This document shows positions 41,441-55,327 of a DNA stretch of 64,000 nt, in pieces; the stretch's first letter is position 1, and every line of letters begins with the position of its first letter. Where the stretch lies: positions 1 through 64,000 of the forward strand of contig ADNK01001858.1 in assembly GCA_000320545.1 (NCBI GenBank), read 5' to 3'. A program made the translations under genes and the position numbers. Source of the stretch: Bigelowiella natans CCMP2755. Lineage: Eukaryota > Protista > Cercozoa. The notes beneath the pieces were generated by a model. The model worked only from the letters and a program-made list of their open reading frames with translations. It did not search any database and was not told where the DNA came from.

Positions 41441-42458
41441 CTTTTATCAAACCACAACTTTTGCTGCAGACAGGTCGGCTCGGCTCCAAGGACAAAGAAG
41501 AAGGAATGTTCTCCGAATGCGATTTATTGACGAGACATCTCGAGATCATCTCCGATCCGATTCTTCCTAATGAATCCCGGTATTCTAAGCGTGAAGAATG
41601 AGATTTTTTGAGTGGCTCTTTTCACCATGCGACAACGAAAATTATAATTATTTAGGTGCGTGTCGACACAATTCGACACATCAGACATCCTCTTTTGGCG
41701 ATGACATTGCAAATGACGATGTTTTCCCTTCTACAACCTAAAAATACTTGTGACAGAACAAAAATCACCTGCGTTTTCGCTGAGACTTGGGGATTGTTGG
41801 TAGTGGCCGGCAATTTCGCTACTCGAGAACGAGAGCCAGGTCGCTGCTTCCGGAAGGTCACGCACGCGCCACAATGGGTGCTGCATGCACGAGCTCCAGG
41901 AAGATGGTGGGATTCTCTCCTTTAAATCTTGCAAGTTCATAAAGAAGTTAAGATAAAATCAAATTATTTTGCTGTTTGATAAATCCTCGTACTTATTTGA
42001 ATCAGAAACTAAAGACCGTCGGGATTCTAATCTCTAATCGCAAAACGTGTGTTGGCAATATTAGTTTTTTTTCTCCATCCATAATATCTAAAAAAAGATC
42101 ACCACATACAGTATATACGTGCTGCTTTCGCTCACAATAGCTTCTTATTCTTCACACTAGTTCGAATGGAAGCAATGGGTTTGACGAGGCCGAGTTGGTG
42201 ATACTAGACAAAAATCAACATGTTGCGCTGCGAATATTTCTACCAGATTCCGCACCACAAGAGATGCTTGAATTCTAAAATGTAAAAATGTATGATATTG
42301 GCCGTGAAATGGCGATTAGGCTCGCGTTTTCAAGCTGCTGACAAGCAATGGCTTGTGTCCCGTCTCGATAACACTGGACGGGGGCAAGGTGCTTTTTGAG
42401 TGAATACACACTATCTATGGTAGAATTGTTAGACTATTGTGATTATTGCTTCAGCACT

Positions 42459-42590
42459 CTAGTAATCCTCTTCGTTATTGCTGACTGTGACTAAAGCAAC
42501 TTTATGTTGTCGCGCCAAACGTAGGTGCTCACTGGAAAGCTCAATTGTTCGAAAGATGACCCCTACATACAAAGCATGATTAAGGGTAGT

Positions 42591-42628
<38 letters not shown>

Positions 42629-42728
42629 TCTGTAGTGATCTACTCTTCATGGGTTCACTCACACTCACACACACACACGCACACACACACACACACAATA
42701 TACTTAAAAATAGAGGAGAGAGAGAGAG

Positions 42729-42767
<39 letters not shown>

Positions 42768-43607
42768 AGAGAAATCGGAGATTGGTGGGCAATGCGCTCT
42801 TTGCATGTCAGGCGTCTTCAGAGAGCTATGTAGCCAATTGAATTAATATATACCCATTCGTCCGATAGTGTTTGAAGTTGCAGTTATCTCTTGTATGATG
42901 ATGTCGTTATGTTGTTAAAATAGACCCGTGGTGCACTCAATTTCTTGATTCAATGTCAGCCAAACAAGCCGTGGTTAATGTCCGTCTTACAATCTAAAAC
43001 CTAACATGCTCTCACAACCCACACCTACGTGTGCTTGCGTGGCACACACTTAGACTGTCAAAGGATGTGTTGGTCTGTGTTATTTGGGGTCTCCTGCTTA
43101 AGTGTGGAATATGTATCTCTGTCGCCTTCACACAGCATCATCATCATACTCATCATCTTAATCATCATCTTCAGGAATTAGCTCTCGACGGACTATTCCT
43201 CTTCGGTAATGCTGTTTCTAAGATTATGCGCTACACAAGCATAGCGATTGCTCTTTACACAATGAATCAACACTGCTGCTATTTCTTGTCTTGGTAGTTT
43301 TGCTTCACATTTTTGGTCCTGCCAGCAACAGCAAACGGTGGTGGCACTTGTTTGTCGTTGATCAAACCCTGTGGAATTCTATTATGATAGAAGTAGCACA
43401 TTAAAAATTGCTATTATTACCTAATATCACAAAAGGAGGATTTGCAGCAGTCGATGATTTCTTCAGAAGTGTAGGTACACAGTTGTGATTCGTGATGACG
43501 TCTCAGTGTTACAACACAGAACAATAATGGCAACTCAAGTAAGAAGATTAATGTATTCACTACAGACGTTAAAGTTCTCGTCGGACGGCATTTTGACAAT
43601 AACGCAG

Positions 43608-43650
<43 letters not shown>

Positions 43651-43997
43651 GTGTTCAACAACAACAACAACAACAACACATCATCATAATCATCATCATC
43701 ATTATCGAATCCAGTCATCTGATCACCATCACATAATCAGTAATCGCGGCGTTTCGAGAGGGTGTAGCTGGTATCCTCACAGCTGTTGATTCTCTCAATC
43801 AGTGCATAGGTTGCTATTTTTGAAGAGTTTTTGAGCCGCTCATAGTTTAAGATGGGAGGGTACTCATCGCCATAATTTTCTCTAGTTCGGAATAAGCGCG
43901 TAGTCGTAGCTGCGGACGACGTTAAAGATGTTGAACGCATAAATAGCTTGTTATCGAGGAAAGGTAAAAAAATGATTGGAAATAAGAATAACGATTA

Positions 43998-44036
<39 letters not shown>

Positions 44037-44139
44037 ATTTTTTGCATTCGTAAAGTGTGTTTTTCTGATGAACCATGATAGAGATAAAGGGGATACCAGC
44101 TGAATGTGGCCAAAATGTAAGAAAATTCTATCTATATTG

Positions 44140-44179
<40 letters not shown>

Positions 44180-44444
44180 TAGTCTCCACTCTTGTATGTT
44201 AGCCTGCAATGAGTAATGTCTAACGCGACAATGAATTTGCGACGAATATAGGACGGTTTCATTCAGCATAAAAATCTCATCACTGCCAAGGTACAGAATT
44301 AGAAATATTGCAATGAATAACGTTACTTATCACATACAAACACGTATCATGTGTAGCATAATACATGTTTCGTTTGATGTACTCTGCAACACTTTATCCT
44401 CCTCACAAGCCATTCGTATTGCTGTGATGATGATGATGATGATG

Positions 44445-44482
<38 letters not shown>

Positions 44483-45262
44483 GTGTGCGCGTGGAATTGA
44501 CTGCCGACAGAAAGCAAGTAAGGAACTGCTAATCGCATCTGGCTTGGTCATTGTGAAGGAGGAGAAACGTTGAAATTCATTTCGATGGATAGTAATATAA
44601 AGCAATAAGCGACACCCGCTATAGCCTCGATTCTACTCGCTACTTATACGCAGACTGGATCGATATGTACCCCTTAATAGTTTATTCCTCGCAGTAATGA
44701 TCTAGCTAGTTTGCTCTGAAGAGAGCAAGTTTGACTATTTATTCCACACGCACGTGTAGAATCGTGGATATACTAGATACACGCGTACACGTACACGTAC
44801 GCGTACATGTACATCTCATCACTATAATCTTAACACATTGCTGACGGACGACAACATGCTAATCCATTTGCTGGTCATTGCTGCATGCAATGTGAGAGCC
44901 TCACATAGCAACAGCTTTGTGATATTTTTGTATACACATGTGATATACGTCCTCTATACGCGCGCATGCAGCCCTGTGCATGAATGCTACACCATGATTC
45001 GACACTGCATTCGCATAATACTCGAATTTAATAATGTCATGTTGACTTGGGAGCTATACCGGCAATATCGTGCAACGAATTTACGCTCAACTACTACTTC
45101 TTCTTCCGCTCATACACCGACGCTGTTGGGTCAAGGAAGTACGTGCTGAAGTAATTTGAGTAGTATGTGGCATAGTAGTTAACTTGTTGGGTTATACTAG
45201 CTGGGGCACCGTTATTGCAAGCCTGAGAAATAAAGAAGAAACAGACAGTAATTGTACGGATA

Positions 45263-45339
<77 letters not shown>

Positions 45340-47016
45340 TATATTGATATGTTACTATTCGACGAATTGAATTCCTGCACGTGGTTATAGCCATTTGTTA
45401 TTTCCATGACCCACAACCGTATCGCCTCTCATCTCTTCATACTGCACTTCACACCGCTTATCTTACTTATTACTACCTCGCATTGCATGCTGTATTTTTG
45501 ACACATGTAACAAGCCGTTTTGTCCCGCCGACTTCCAGAAAGAGCAGTAGCCTGCTCGCGCACAAACGCAGACATACACAATACGCACACATATGGATGA
45601 GAGAGAAAGAAAGACTATGTGATTGTACGTTTATGTGCGTGTATGAGTGCTTTCTGCACAAAATGGTACAGCAACACTAGAAACTTGACGACTAAATATG
45701 GAGAATGTGTTGTAAGGAAAACGGCAGTAGAGCGTTGATGCTGCCTTGGATTTTCTAGATCTCGTAATTTAGATGCATAAAGCAAGTTAAGTTGTTATTG
45801 TTTTGTTTTTGACGTCTCTAAGAGAACTAAACACAATTGCAAGCACTACACACTCCTCGGGCATCATCAGATGTTGCTACGTGCGTTAAATCATGTTGTT
45901 CGTTGTTGACTGTGCTGTCTCGTGAATACTACCAGTGTGAGGGAGACTGAATGCGTTAAAGAACGTGTCACGGTGTTGGTAAGGCCGGTAATAACCCTTT
46001 CTGTCAATCGTTCAACAGCCTCTACTTCTGCTATCTCTGCTACGGCGTCACCCACCGTGTAAGAAAGCAGCTGTGGGAGAGTGTGGAGCAATCCATGCAC
46101 CTGTAGAGCAGCAGCAGCAGTAGTATGGATGATGGTGATGATGATAATGATGATAATGATGATGACACTGTTAAGGAAAAATAACTTTCATCAACACTAT
46201 GACGCGCATTACAATTTTCCATTCAGGCTCTCCAAAAACTTTCTTATTCTTCTTCTTCTTCTTTATATTCTTCTACTAGGTGTTATTATATTGTCCATTC
46301 TCCCCATCTCATCTTGAATCAATAAAACTAAGTGACATCGACGAGAAGGTAATCAGAATGTCATCAGTGCTAAGAACTGACCACAGCATCCTTCACTCTG
46401 AGTATGGTAGGATAAGATACGCGATCATGAACCTAAGAAGAAAAGGAAAGTGAATGAGAAGAATAAGGGAAAAGGTAAACAACAATCCATGCAATCACTT
46501 GTCATCATGCCCTTATGCCCTCTCAAGTAAATAAAACGAAAGCATGAAGCATCATCAATGAACTGACAAATTCTTCTCGCAGCAGAAACCGAAGGAGTGT
46601 TGAAATTAGAATAATCCACCAACTTGCTCCACAATTGCAATTACCTCTCGAATTACTAGCGTCGCTAATCTTCCGCCTTTGGAGGGCAAGATGTGCTTGA
46701 TAATTGCACTTGCAATCCCAGACTGACCATGTCCCAATGATCGATACACGAAAAGCAAAGTAGAAGATTCATATCACAACATATTAACCAACACAAACAT
46801 TAGGAACGTAGTAGAAGCGTTGTAACGAATGGGACTTAGAATAAAGAAGAAGACGAACAGAAATGTGATTCGGTAGCTATAGATACACCATTGCTATAAG
46901 TGTAACACCTACCTTTAGACCACTGATAGCCATCGTGGCACTCTTGAAGCTCATCTTTCCAGCATGCGTCCAAGACGCCTTTTTGGGGGTCACCACTGCA
47001 AGCAGAAGTAAAAATT

Positions 47017-47077
<61 letters not shown>

Positions 47078-47290
47078 GAGAGAGAGACAGAGAGAGAGAG
47101 AGAGCAGTTGGATACAGAAATGAGGAAGATAGTTTAAGCACGAATCATGTACAAACAATCAGAGACCCCTCACTCCTATACCATTCAGATATTTGTCAAC
47201 GTATTTTGTGTTTGGGGGTGGGTAGTGCTGTAGCAATCGTACATTTCGTAGCGGAGAACATCGAGCTGAAATTTGTCTCCAAGAATGAGA

Positions 47291-47321
<31 letters not shown>

Positions 47322-48323
47322 GGAGGAGGAGGAGAGTTTATCGAGAAACTCATCACCATCGCTGTGGAGATTTTGTTGTGGTTGTTGTTGCTGCTGCAGC
47401 TGCGTCTGAATTTTCTGTGAGGTGATATTTAGCTGGAGCCCTGTCTCAACGAGCATCTAACCATAACGACAACAGCATCATCAGCAATAAACGACGCAAT
47501 CTTGCATTAGCAGCAGCATGTAGATCATCAATCTTACAACGACAAATGATCAACACAACCTCCGGCAGCAGATTATGCTTGTTGGCACGCTGTAGGTCGC
47601 CGGTGGGTGAAAAGATATGACGAAACAGCCCTGACGAGAACAGCAAAAGTTTATTATTAGTGCAATCACCGCCATCATCATCATCATCATCATTATTGTC
47701 GTCATTCATCATATTCTCTTTCTTTTTCTTTGTCCTCATCTTCATCATCACTACCATCATCATCCTCACATGCTAGTACCTAGCTATAACTCTCATCTAT
47801 CTATGTGTACCAATGACTGTAGCTGCTAGCATCCGTCGAGAAGGAGAGGACGGTGCGGGTGATGATGGTGATGGTGATGGTGATGATGATGATGATGATG
47901 ATGATGGCACGCTTCCTTGCTTTCGTTGTTTATCACTGTGGACATCCCTGCTGCTATTGCTGCTATTGCTGCTATTGCTACGACTTGTTTCTCCTCTTCC
48001 AGTCTTAGTTTGCTGCTTGATCTGAAGCTTGGAAGTATTGACCGCAGAATGCCTCACAGTGTTGGAGATATTAGAAGTTGTGGTTTTGTTGGTGCTTCTT
48101 CTGATAATGGGAGGGGGTAGGGGTGCTGTCCTGCTGCTGCTGCTGCTGTCGGAGTTGGTAGTAGAATTTAGAAGAGTCGCACTTGTCTCAAGCATGACAC
48201 TGTCTGATATTTGAATTGGAAGCTGAAAAGAAGGAAAGCAAAAGAAGGGGGGGGGGTTCAATAGTAGACGAATTCAAGGCGACAATATCATATATTAAAA
48301 CAGATATATTAATATGTGTTAAC

Positions 48324-48366
<43 letters not shown>

Positions 48367-48412
48367 GATATATTTTCGTAAATTTTGTGGAACAAATCGA
48401 TCGGTTGAATGG

Positions 48413-48502
<90 letters not shown>

Positions 48503-48704
48503 CTACTCGTCAGAGCAAATGCAACCATTTCTACTACAATTCCTCATCCTCTCTCCTTTCTCCCCCATCCTAAATTAATCCTCGTCCTGCTCCTCCTCCT
48601 CCTCCACCCCCTACATCTGCTACTACTACTGCTATCACCATTCCAGCAATATTCCACACAGAGTGGGACATATGCACAATGGGCGGGATCGTAAGACCAA
48701 CAAT

Positions 48705-48750
<46 letters not shown>

Positions 48751-49038
48751 TATATATAAATAGTGATGTGTGTATAATATACATACAGCCCCACATCATC
48801 ATCATCATCATCATTATTGTTTATTATCATTGTGTGTTCTGTTCTCGTCTATGTCTAACGTAATCATCATCGTTGCTCTTCTTCAGCTGTCAGTGATGAC
48901 GCATGTGACCTTGATCATAAGGTTGAGAATCGTACTGACGGGTATAATAGGCGGCGGAACGAAGGGGTATCTAAGGTATTCATTCATAGCAATATTATTG
49001 ATAGCAATCGCCTCAACTGCGCCGTCAGAGTCATCATT

Positions 49039-49069
<31 letters not shown>

Positions 49070-49420
49070 ATACATAGTGTACCATTGTTCTCTTTACTCA
49101 TCTATCTCTCCTCACCATGTCATCAGTATCATCACCGTCACCGCAATTATACACCTCACGCACGTGCATGCATGCCATGCATGCAACACAAATGTTATTA
49201 CGGGCAGTTCGGTCTCGTTTTTGGCGGTAGAATATAGTACCTACATCGTATATTATTTAAATTAGAATCGTCGATACTCAAAACACACAGACACAATGCT
49301 CACACTCGAACATCGTGCTTAGAGGGGGGGGGGAGGTGGAGGAGGAGGGGGAGAGATACACACATTATTACGTGTTGTGGTAGGCGTTTGGATTATTAGC
49401 AACAGTGATGATACGGAAGT

Positions 49421-49457
<37 letters not shown>

Positions 49458-49665
49458 CTCATGTTTAGTGGGCAATGAGAAATGTCAGTTGTAGGATAGA
49501 AAAATGGGCTTTTCCAATGAAGCAGCAGACGTAGGTGCAGTACCATAAAGCTACTTTTCATCACGATATTATTATGTCGCATGTACTCGAATATGATGAT
49601 TGATTGATTGATTTATTGCATTCAAGATGATGGTTGAGTTATTAATATTATCATCATTAATATAA

Positions 49666-49699
<34 letters not shown>

Positions 49700-49965
49700 G
49701 TTGTTATATCTGCTAATTTGCTGCTATTGTGTAGATTATTACAGGTTGCATGATTTGTGTGGGTTGATAGTTCTTTGTCCCCAGGTTTTCTGACCCTAAA
49801 AGGTAGTAAGTAAGCATCAGTGTCAACACCAATACCAACACCAACACTACCACCAAAAATATTCGAATTTATTTCTGTTAATACAACATATTGTTATTAT
49901 TATTACTATTACTTTTATTGTTATTATAATTATTATATGTAGTAGTAGTTGTTGGAGTAGTAGTT

Positions 49966-49998
<33 letters not shown>

Positions 49999-51622
49999 AT
50001 AGTAGCATTTGTTGATAATGTATTCGTCGTTTTCATATCCGTATAGTGTTGTTCAAAATTAACCATTATTGAATAATACCTCAAATTATTATGAATGGCT
50101 TGTGTATGTTGTATGTTAGCCCTATTTCTATTATATATTTATATATGTGTGTGTATTTTGTTTGTGTGTTGATATATACATACGTCGTCTTTTTTTCCCA
50201 TATCTGGATCTTTTTTCCTCAGCTCTAGAAATGCCTTCGGTATTCTAATCTCGTCGTCTTCTTCATCATCAAGATAGTCGTCGTCATCATTATCATCCGC
50301 GTGAGCATAAAATTCAGCATAACGGGAGTGGTGGTGGTAGTAGAGCCCGGATGCTGCTTCTTCTTCTTCGTTGCCGTACAATTTTAGTTTGTCCTCACGT
50401 GTTCGCTCAGCATTTTGCTGTTGTCGTCGGTCCCTTGCCCTTGATGCAGATGAGATTGTTGTCTTTTGTTCCTTGGCATCATCATCATCTTCTTCTTCAT
50501 TTATCCACGCAACCTCGTATTGGCTGGCAAAACTACGTAAGTCGCGCGCATGAACCGTCAGAGGTGGAAAAGGGGGGTCAGGTGCTTCTAGGGTAGTAGT
50601 TGTAGCACTAGGGGTAGTAGTGGTAGGTCTTTTGCGCGCGACTCGATCTGGCTTTATTATATTTTCATTGAGATGGTAATGAGAAATAATATCAGGGGTA
50701 CACCGCGTGTTTATTGGGTGTGAAAGAGTATGGAACTGGTGCTGCCGCCCCATCGAACCAACGATGACTTTTAGTCTCATCCCAGGTTTTTCTCCGCTTC
50801 CTTCATAATCATGTTGTCTTCGCTCCTTTTCTGCTGTCAGATTCCTTATCTCCCCCCCTTCTCTAAGATTTTCTAGTCTCCGGGAGATGACGATTTCGAT
50901 GGCGTTTGGCGCAAGATAGGCTGAAGAGATCGGACTGCGAAGTGAAAATACACCAATGCTTACACCGCGATACCAAACGTCGACAAGAACAAAATAGAGA
51001 CAAGTATTATAAAGCAATAAGGTCGTTAAGATTAATGTTGACCTATTGCCAAGCCGTCCTCTACCTGAGCCTCGAGCTTCAATCAGTGACTTAATACAAC
51101 CTCCGTCAACACCATTCTTGGTATTGAACCGTGGAATCCAAGACTCAGAATTGCTAAGATACCACGAGCAGTAGCAGGAGAAGTATTAATTATTTGAATT
51201 CTAATAGGTGTATCGACTGAAAGAGTCTTCTAAACGCGTTTTCATACGTACCCACGATTGTCCTCAGATGAGATGATTGAGGCATTCATCAGCGAAATTG
51301 GCTCGGAAGCATAAAGATGCAGGAATCTAAGTTCGTGAGTTTCGACCCTACGTGAATCCCTCTCTTGTTCCAGAGGTGTGGATGATGATCCACGGATAGG
51401 GGGGTGGTGGATCATGCTGGAACGATTCATCTTGTGTTGAGGTTGGACATGGCAGTGCAAAAATGTAGAGGAGCATGTTGCGTGCACCACCCTTATCGCA
51501 TCTGATTTCCACATGATCAACAAATCGTCAGAATCATAAAACAAATGCAAATCTAAGAAATAGTAGGCACCTGCCAATCGAAGCAGGGGAGACAGAGCCA
51601 GGAGGAAGACTAGCCCATTCAT
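42459..51622 (-). CDS. Large orphan multi-exon gene with signal-peptide-like N-terminus (may be more than one gene)
   Basis: Starts MNGLVFLLALSPLLRLA. Long exons at 50183-50980 and 47810-48225, plus many short AG/GT-bounded exons (YYILPPKTRPNCP, EYCWSYDPAHCAYVPL, GDPQKGVLDACWKDELQECHDGYQWSK, YGDEYPPILNYERLK). Last exon VGVIFRTIELSSEHLRLARQHKVALVTVSNNEEDY*. Confidence 0.5.
47023..47104. repeat. (GA)n microsatellite, representative of dozens of intronic (GA)n, (CA)n, (TA)n, (CAT)n, (TAG)n, (GGA)n and (AAC)n tracts in the window
   Basis: Read directly. Other examples: 8615-8650 (CAT), 18752-18794 (TA), 24357-24390 (TG), 42588-42626 (TAG), 62892-62942 (CCT). Confidence 0.95.
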
Positions 51623-52878
51623 TTCATGTCAGAGCAGGGGACGGGAGCCATACTCCTACTTTCGATAGCTTCGTCAAGCCCTGCATGCTTGTCGCAGTAT
51701 GTTTTTCAAGGCATTTCGCTGGGAAAACACCAGCACAATATTCAAACTGTTCAAATTTTGTCGGATTGATTCCTTCTCGGCATAAACTACATTGCATTGG
51801 ATGTGAATGTAAATGTGACTTGTTAAGCAAAACTCCTAGGAACATCCACATCTCCTGACAAGTGAAGCATTGTGAAGGAAGCAATTAAAGCCGAGGAGGA
51901 AAATGAGATGAACATGGTTCTAAAAGCAAAGGGTGCTCGAGTAATGAAAACTTGGTGAAATATCCTTAAAAAGTTGCTGAGATGAAATTTAGCAGCAACT
52001 ACAGTACGACTTTTGAGCCGACACGTGCGTCTGCACGCGCAACTGAATGGGTATGCTGGAAATACGTTGCACCTGAATTCACTTTCAGATCACGGGAACT
52101 TTAAACATTTCACATCAAGCATTTGATTTCAGTCAGGAGTTCGACAAGAACCCTGCATTTACGAATTTTCTCGCTCTATTTTCAATTCTCGGCAGTTCCG
52201 CAATCCTTAAATACTTTCATTATTCATCGCAAAAAAATGGAGTACACCTAGCGTGAATGTTTAATCTTGCGTGGATCATTTGCGACTTTTAATCTTTACT
52301 TTTTGACTGGAAAATGCACTGTGATAGCCAAAAAAGTACGGGAAATTTGAAACTCTTCTATCTCAAATGCAAGTGAAGAGCACCAGCTTCGCTCAGATGG
52401 GATCAAATTTTGCTCAATTTGACAAGTCGCAGTGATTAAACACAACACCATTGTGAATTAGTCGCTATGGTGTGACTAAATATTTGCAGCGGCTTTGCAC
52501 GTGATGACGGATCTCATGAGCACTTGGAAGCAGGAAGCACGTGCAGCGCATACTTTGTTCACGATGAGCGAATGGTACATGTATGCGGTAACACGTGCTA
52601 TTTATGGGTCAAAAGTTGTAAGTTTCGTCCTGGTTTTGGTTCTACAAGAGTTGTCGCACAGGTAAAATGACAGATGATAGTGTCTTGTGTAGCCTTGCAG
52701 TTGATCCTCCTTTCACAAAATAAGTCGATGATCTCTATGAGTAAGTAATTGCGATAAATCGTCGTTGTGTCCCACCTTCCTCCCCCTTACACATTGACGC
52801 TTCGACCATCACCATCGATTCAATTGTCTCTGCAAAGTTCATCAGTATACACGTCAAATTAGAGGAAATTCTTACTCA

Positions 52879-54165
52879 GTGAACCAACCAGAATTAACCA
52901 TTGGGCAAATGGTTACTGCTTTCACAGAAAAAACAGAGATTATTCCTGGGATTAAGTACACTGAAGGATACAACAAACTCGAATATGGTGAGTTCGGTCG
53001 TCCACACCAATATGTGCCAGTTGGGGTTGGAGTTAGAGTAAATAAATTACAAAGTGCTCCAGACATGCGTGTGCGCAGGATCAATATTGCGACTCCACCC
53101 ACACATACAAGAGGCGAGAAGTGTAGGAATCTATATGATCGGCTGAGCTATGAGAAACTCCCCCACGAGGTAATGTTTAATTCGGATCCCGACGAAGAAC
53201 AGCAACCACTTTCTCGAACCGAGATGGTAAAAGGGGTATGGGGCAGGGCCATTGATTCAAGACAAGACCCTCGTGAGACTTTGTTCTCTTCGATTTTTTC
53301 CGCATCCAAAGGTAAACGGAGGAATCTCACAGGAAGACTTGCTCGTCAATGGTCTCCTGATGAAGATCGTTACCGCAAGCGCCAACGTAATGAATACGGT
53401 CGCTATAGAACAGTTCAACGACCCTTTGCCGAAATTCCTCGTAAGATAGGGCCACCAGGCGATGAAACTGTAATTGTATATCCCCCAGCATCGCAAATGG
53501 TTGTCAAAGAGTTGCCGACTATTTCATCACAGTTAAGACAGGTTAAACACCGGATTCCTATTCCTGAGAGCAACAAAGTCGAACTCAGATATCCGGCAGT
53601 CAATAGAAAAGTCACTTCATTAGTCCTGAATAACAGTTCAGAATCACATGCGAAGAAAGAAAAGGAAAAAAAAAAAAGGCCGGTTTGCAAAGTCTGTGGT
53701 AAGTCCTATGCGACAACTGGGACCCTCAACCGCCACATGAGAATCCACACAGGAAAGCGCCCATACATGTGTGGACGATGTCACAAGACATTTCGCCAAC
53801 GTGCGCACCTCATTACACATTTTGTTGTGCACGACAAGGCAAGAAATCATTATTGCGAATACTGTGGCAACTATTTTGCTCGGAAAAACTCGCTTGTAAG
53901 CCACAAACGCACCCAACATGGGATTCACACCATCAATCCTAGAAGAAAGACAGGCGGGGCTCGCGTCTCTTCTGAGAGACAAGATTCGAATCAAATTCTG
54001 TACTCAACCTCTAACCAGCAGACAACCAAGATTCAAACTCACCATTCTAAGCAGATTCCCATTGGCTCTGTTCCACGGTCCGTAGGCAGCCAGCTGGATT
54101 CTAAAATTCAGTGCCCAAAATTATCAAACTTGGCACAACGAGTTTCAAATGTAATGGCCTGTTGA
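52879..54165 (+). CDS. C2H2 zinc-finger transcription factor (3 fingers), single long ORF
   Basis: Fingers CKVCGKSYATTGTLNRHMRIH, TGKRPY linker, CGRCHKTFRQRAHLITHFVVH and CEYCGNYFARKNSLVSHKRTQH, preceded by a basic NLS-like KKEKEKKKRP. First in-frame ATG is near 52909. Confidence 0.9.
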   Translation: MNQPELTIGQMVTAFTEKTEIIPGIKYTEGYNKLEYGEFGRPHQYVPVGVGVRVNKLQSAPDMRVRRINIATPPTHTRGEKCRNLYDRLSYEKLPHEVMFNSDPDEEQQPLSRTEMVKGVWGRAIDSRQDPRETLFSSIFSASKGKRRNLTGRLARQWSPDEDRYRKRQRNEYGRYRTVQRPFAEIPRKIGPPGDETVIVYPPASQMVVKELPTISSQLRQVKHRIPIPESNKVELRYPAVNRKVTSLVLNNSSESHAKKEKEKKKRPVCKVCGKSYATTGTLNRHMRIHTGKRPYMCGRCHKTFRQRAHLITHFVVHDKARNHYCEYCGNYFARKNSLVSHKRTQHGIHTINPRRKTGGARVSSERQDSNQILYSTSNQQTTKIQTHHSKQIPIGSVPRSVGSQLDSKIQCPKLSNLAQRVSNVMAC

Positions 54166-55040
54166 TAAGAATAAAAGAAAATACAATAAAATACTCTCTT
54201 TTGCTTTTGGGATAAGATGTGAAAGTAATTCTTGTCAGCGAGATGTTACGACAAATTGAAAACGTTGGATTTCTGTTGTTAATTAGATACATTTGACAAA
54301 CTAATAACTAGGTTGAAGCTCCTAGTTTTACGAAAACATTCCATCATGTGTAGTAACTGATATCAAATTACCAGTAGCCGACCGATACTCAAATTTTATC
54401 ATATATCGTAGTCGTGTCGTAGACCAGTGAATTATTTTAGAATATTTCGCTATCGAGTATTTGTCATAGCAAAAGTTCCCCACCCAGCACAAAATGCACA
54501 ATTTAACATCAAAGATAAATTTCGACATTTCCTACAAGCTTGAATTCGTGCCATGACTGCTCGACATACATTCTGTGTAAAAGCAGGCACAAAATGAACT
54601 ATAAGCTAATATTGAGATTCGCATGAGAATCCAAGTAATCGTATCAATGCTAGAAACGTGAATTCACATGAATGGCTTTGAATTTAATTTGCTTGCGGTG
54701 CACATGCATGAGCTACACATTAGCAGCTATGGCACTAGAACCTGCTTATATGCTAGCCTGTACCCTGGTCTAGTAGTGGTGGTTCGCATGTTTCACACAA
54801 AGGGATCGGTGCGTACGTACCATAGCTAGTCACCACAACAACGTGCTAGCTAGCTAGCTTGTATGCGGGCTGACTAGCGGGCGGCGTGTGTCTAGCTAGC
54901 TAGGCTAGATGTCTACACATGTTTTGTAGCACAAAAGTAGGCTACGCATGCTGCGCACTGCACATATGCAGATAATTTTGTATGCATGGTAGCATGTATA
55001 GATCATGCACAGCGATTCATGTAGTTCATTGATGGCAAAT

Positions 55041-55076
<36 letters not shown>

Positions 55077-55327
55077 CAGATATCTAGATGTGCCACGCTA
55101 GCACGTCTAAATACAATCGAGACGTATGTGCGATGGACGATCTAGCGATCATTGAGCGATTTGTCAAGCTGCGCTTATGTCATTGACATCATTGTTGGCA
55201 TGGTCAGTCATGCAGCCCCCATGTGCTAGTGTGGTGGAACATACGAATACATACTGAGGTTCTGTACACAAGCACATATTTAAATGCGTACGATTTAATT
55301 ACCCAAACGGTATCCAGTACGCATCAT

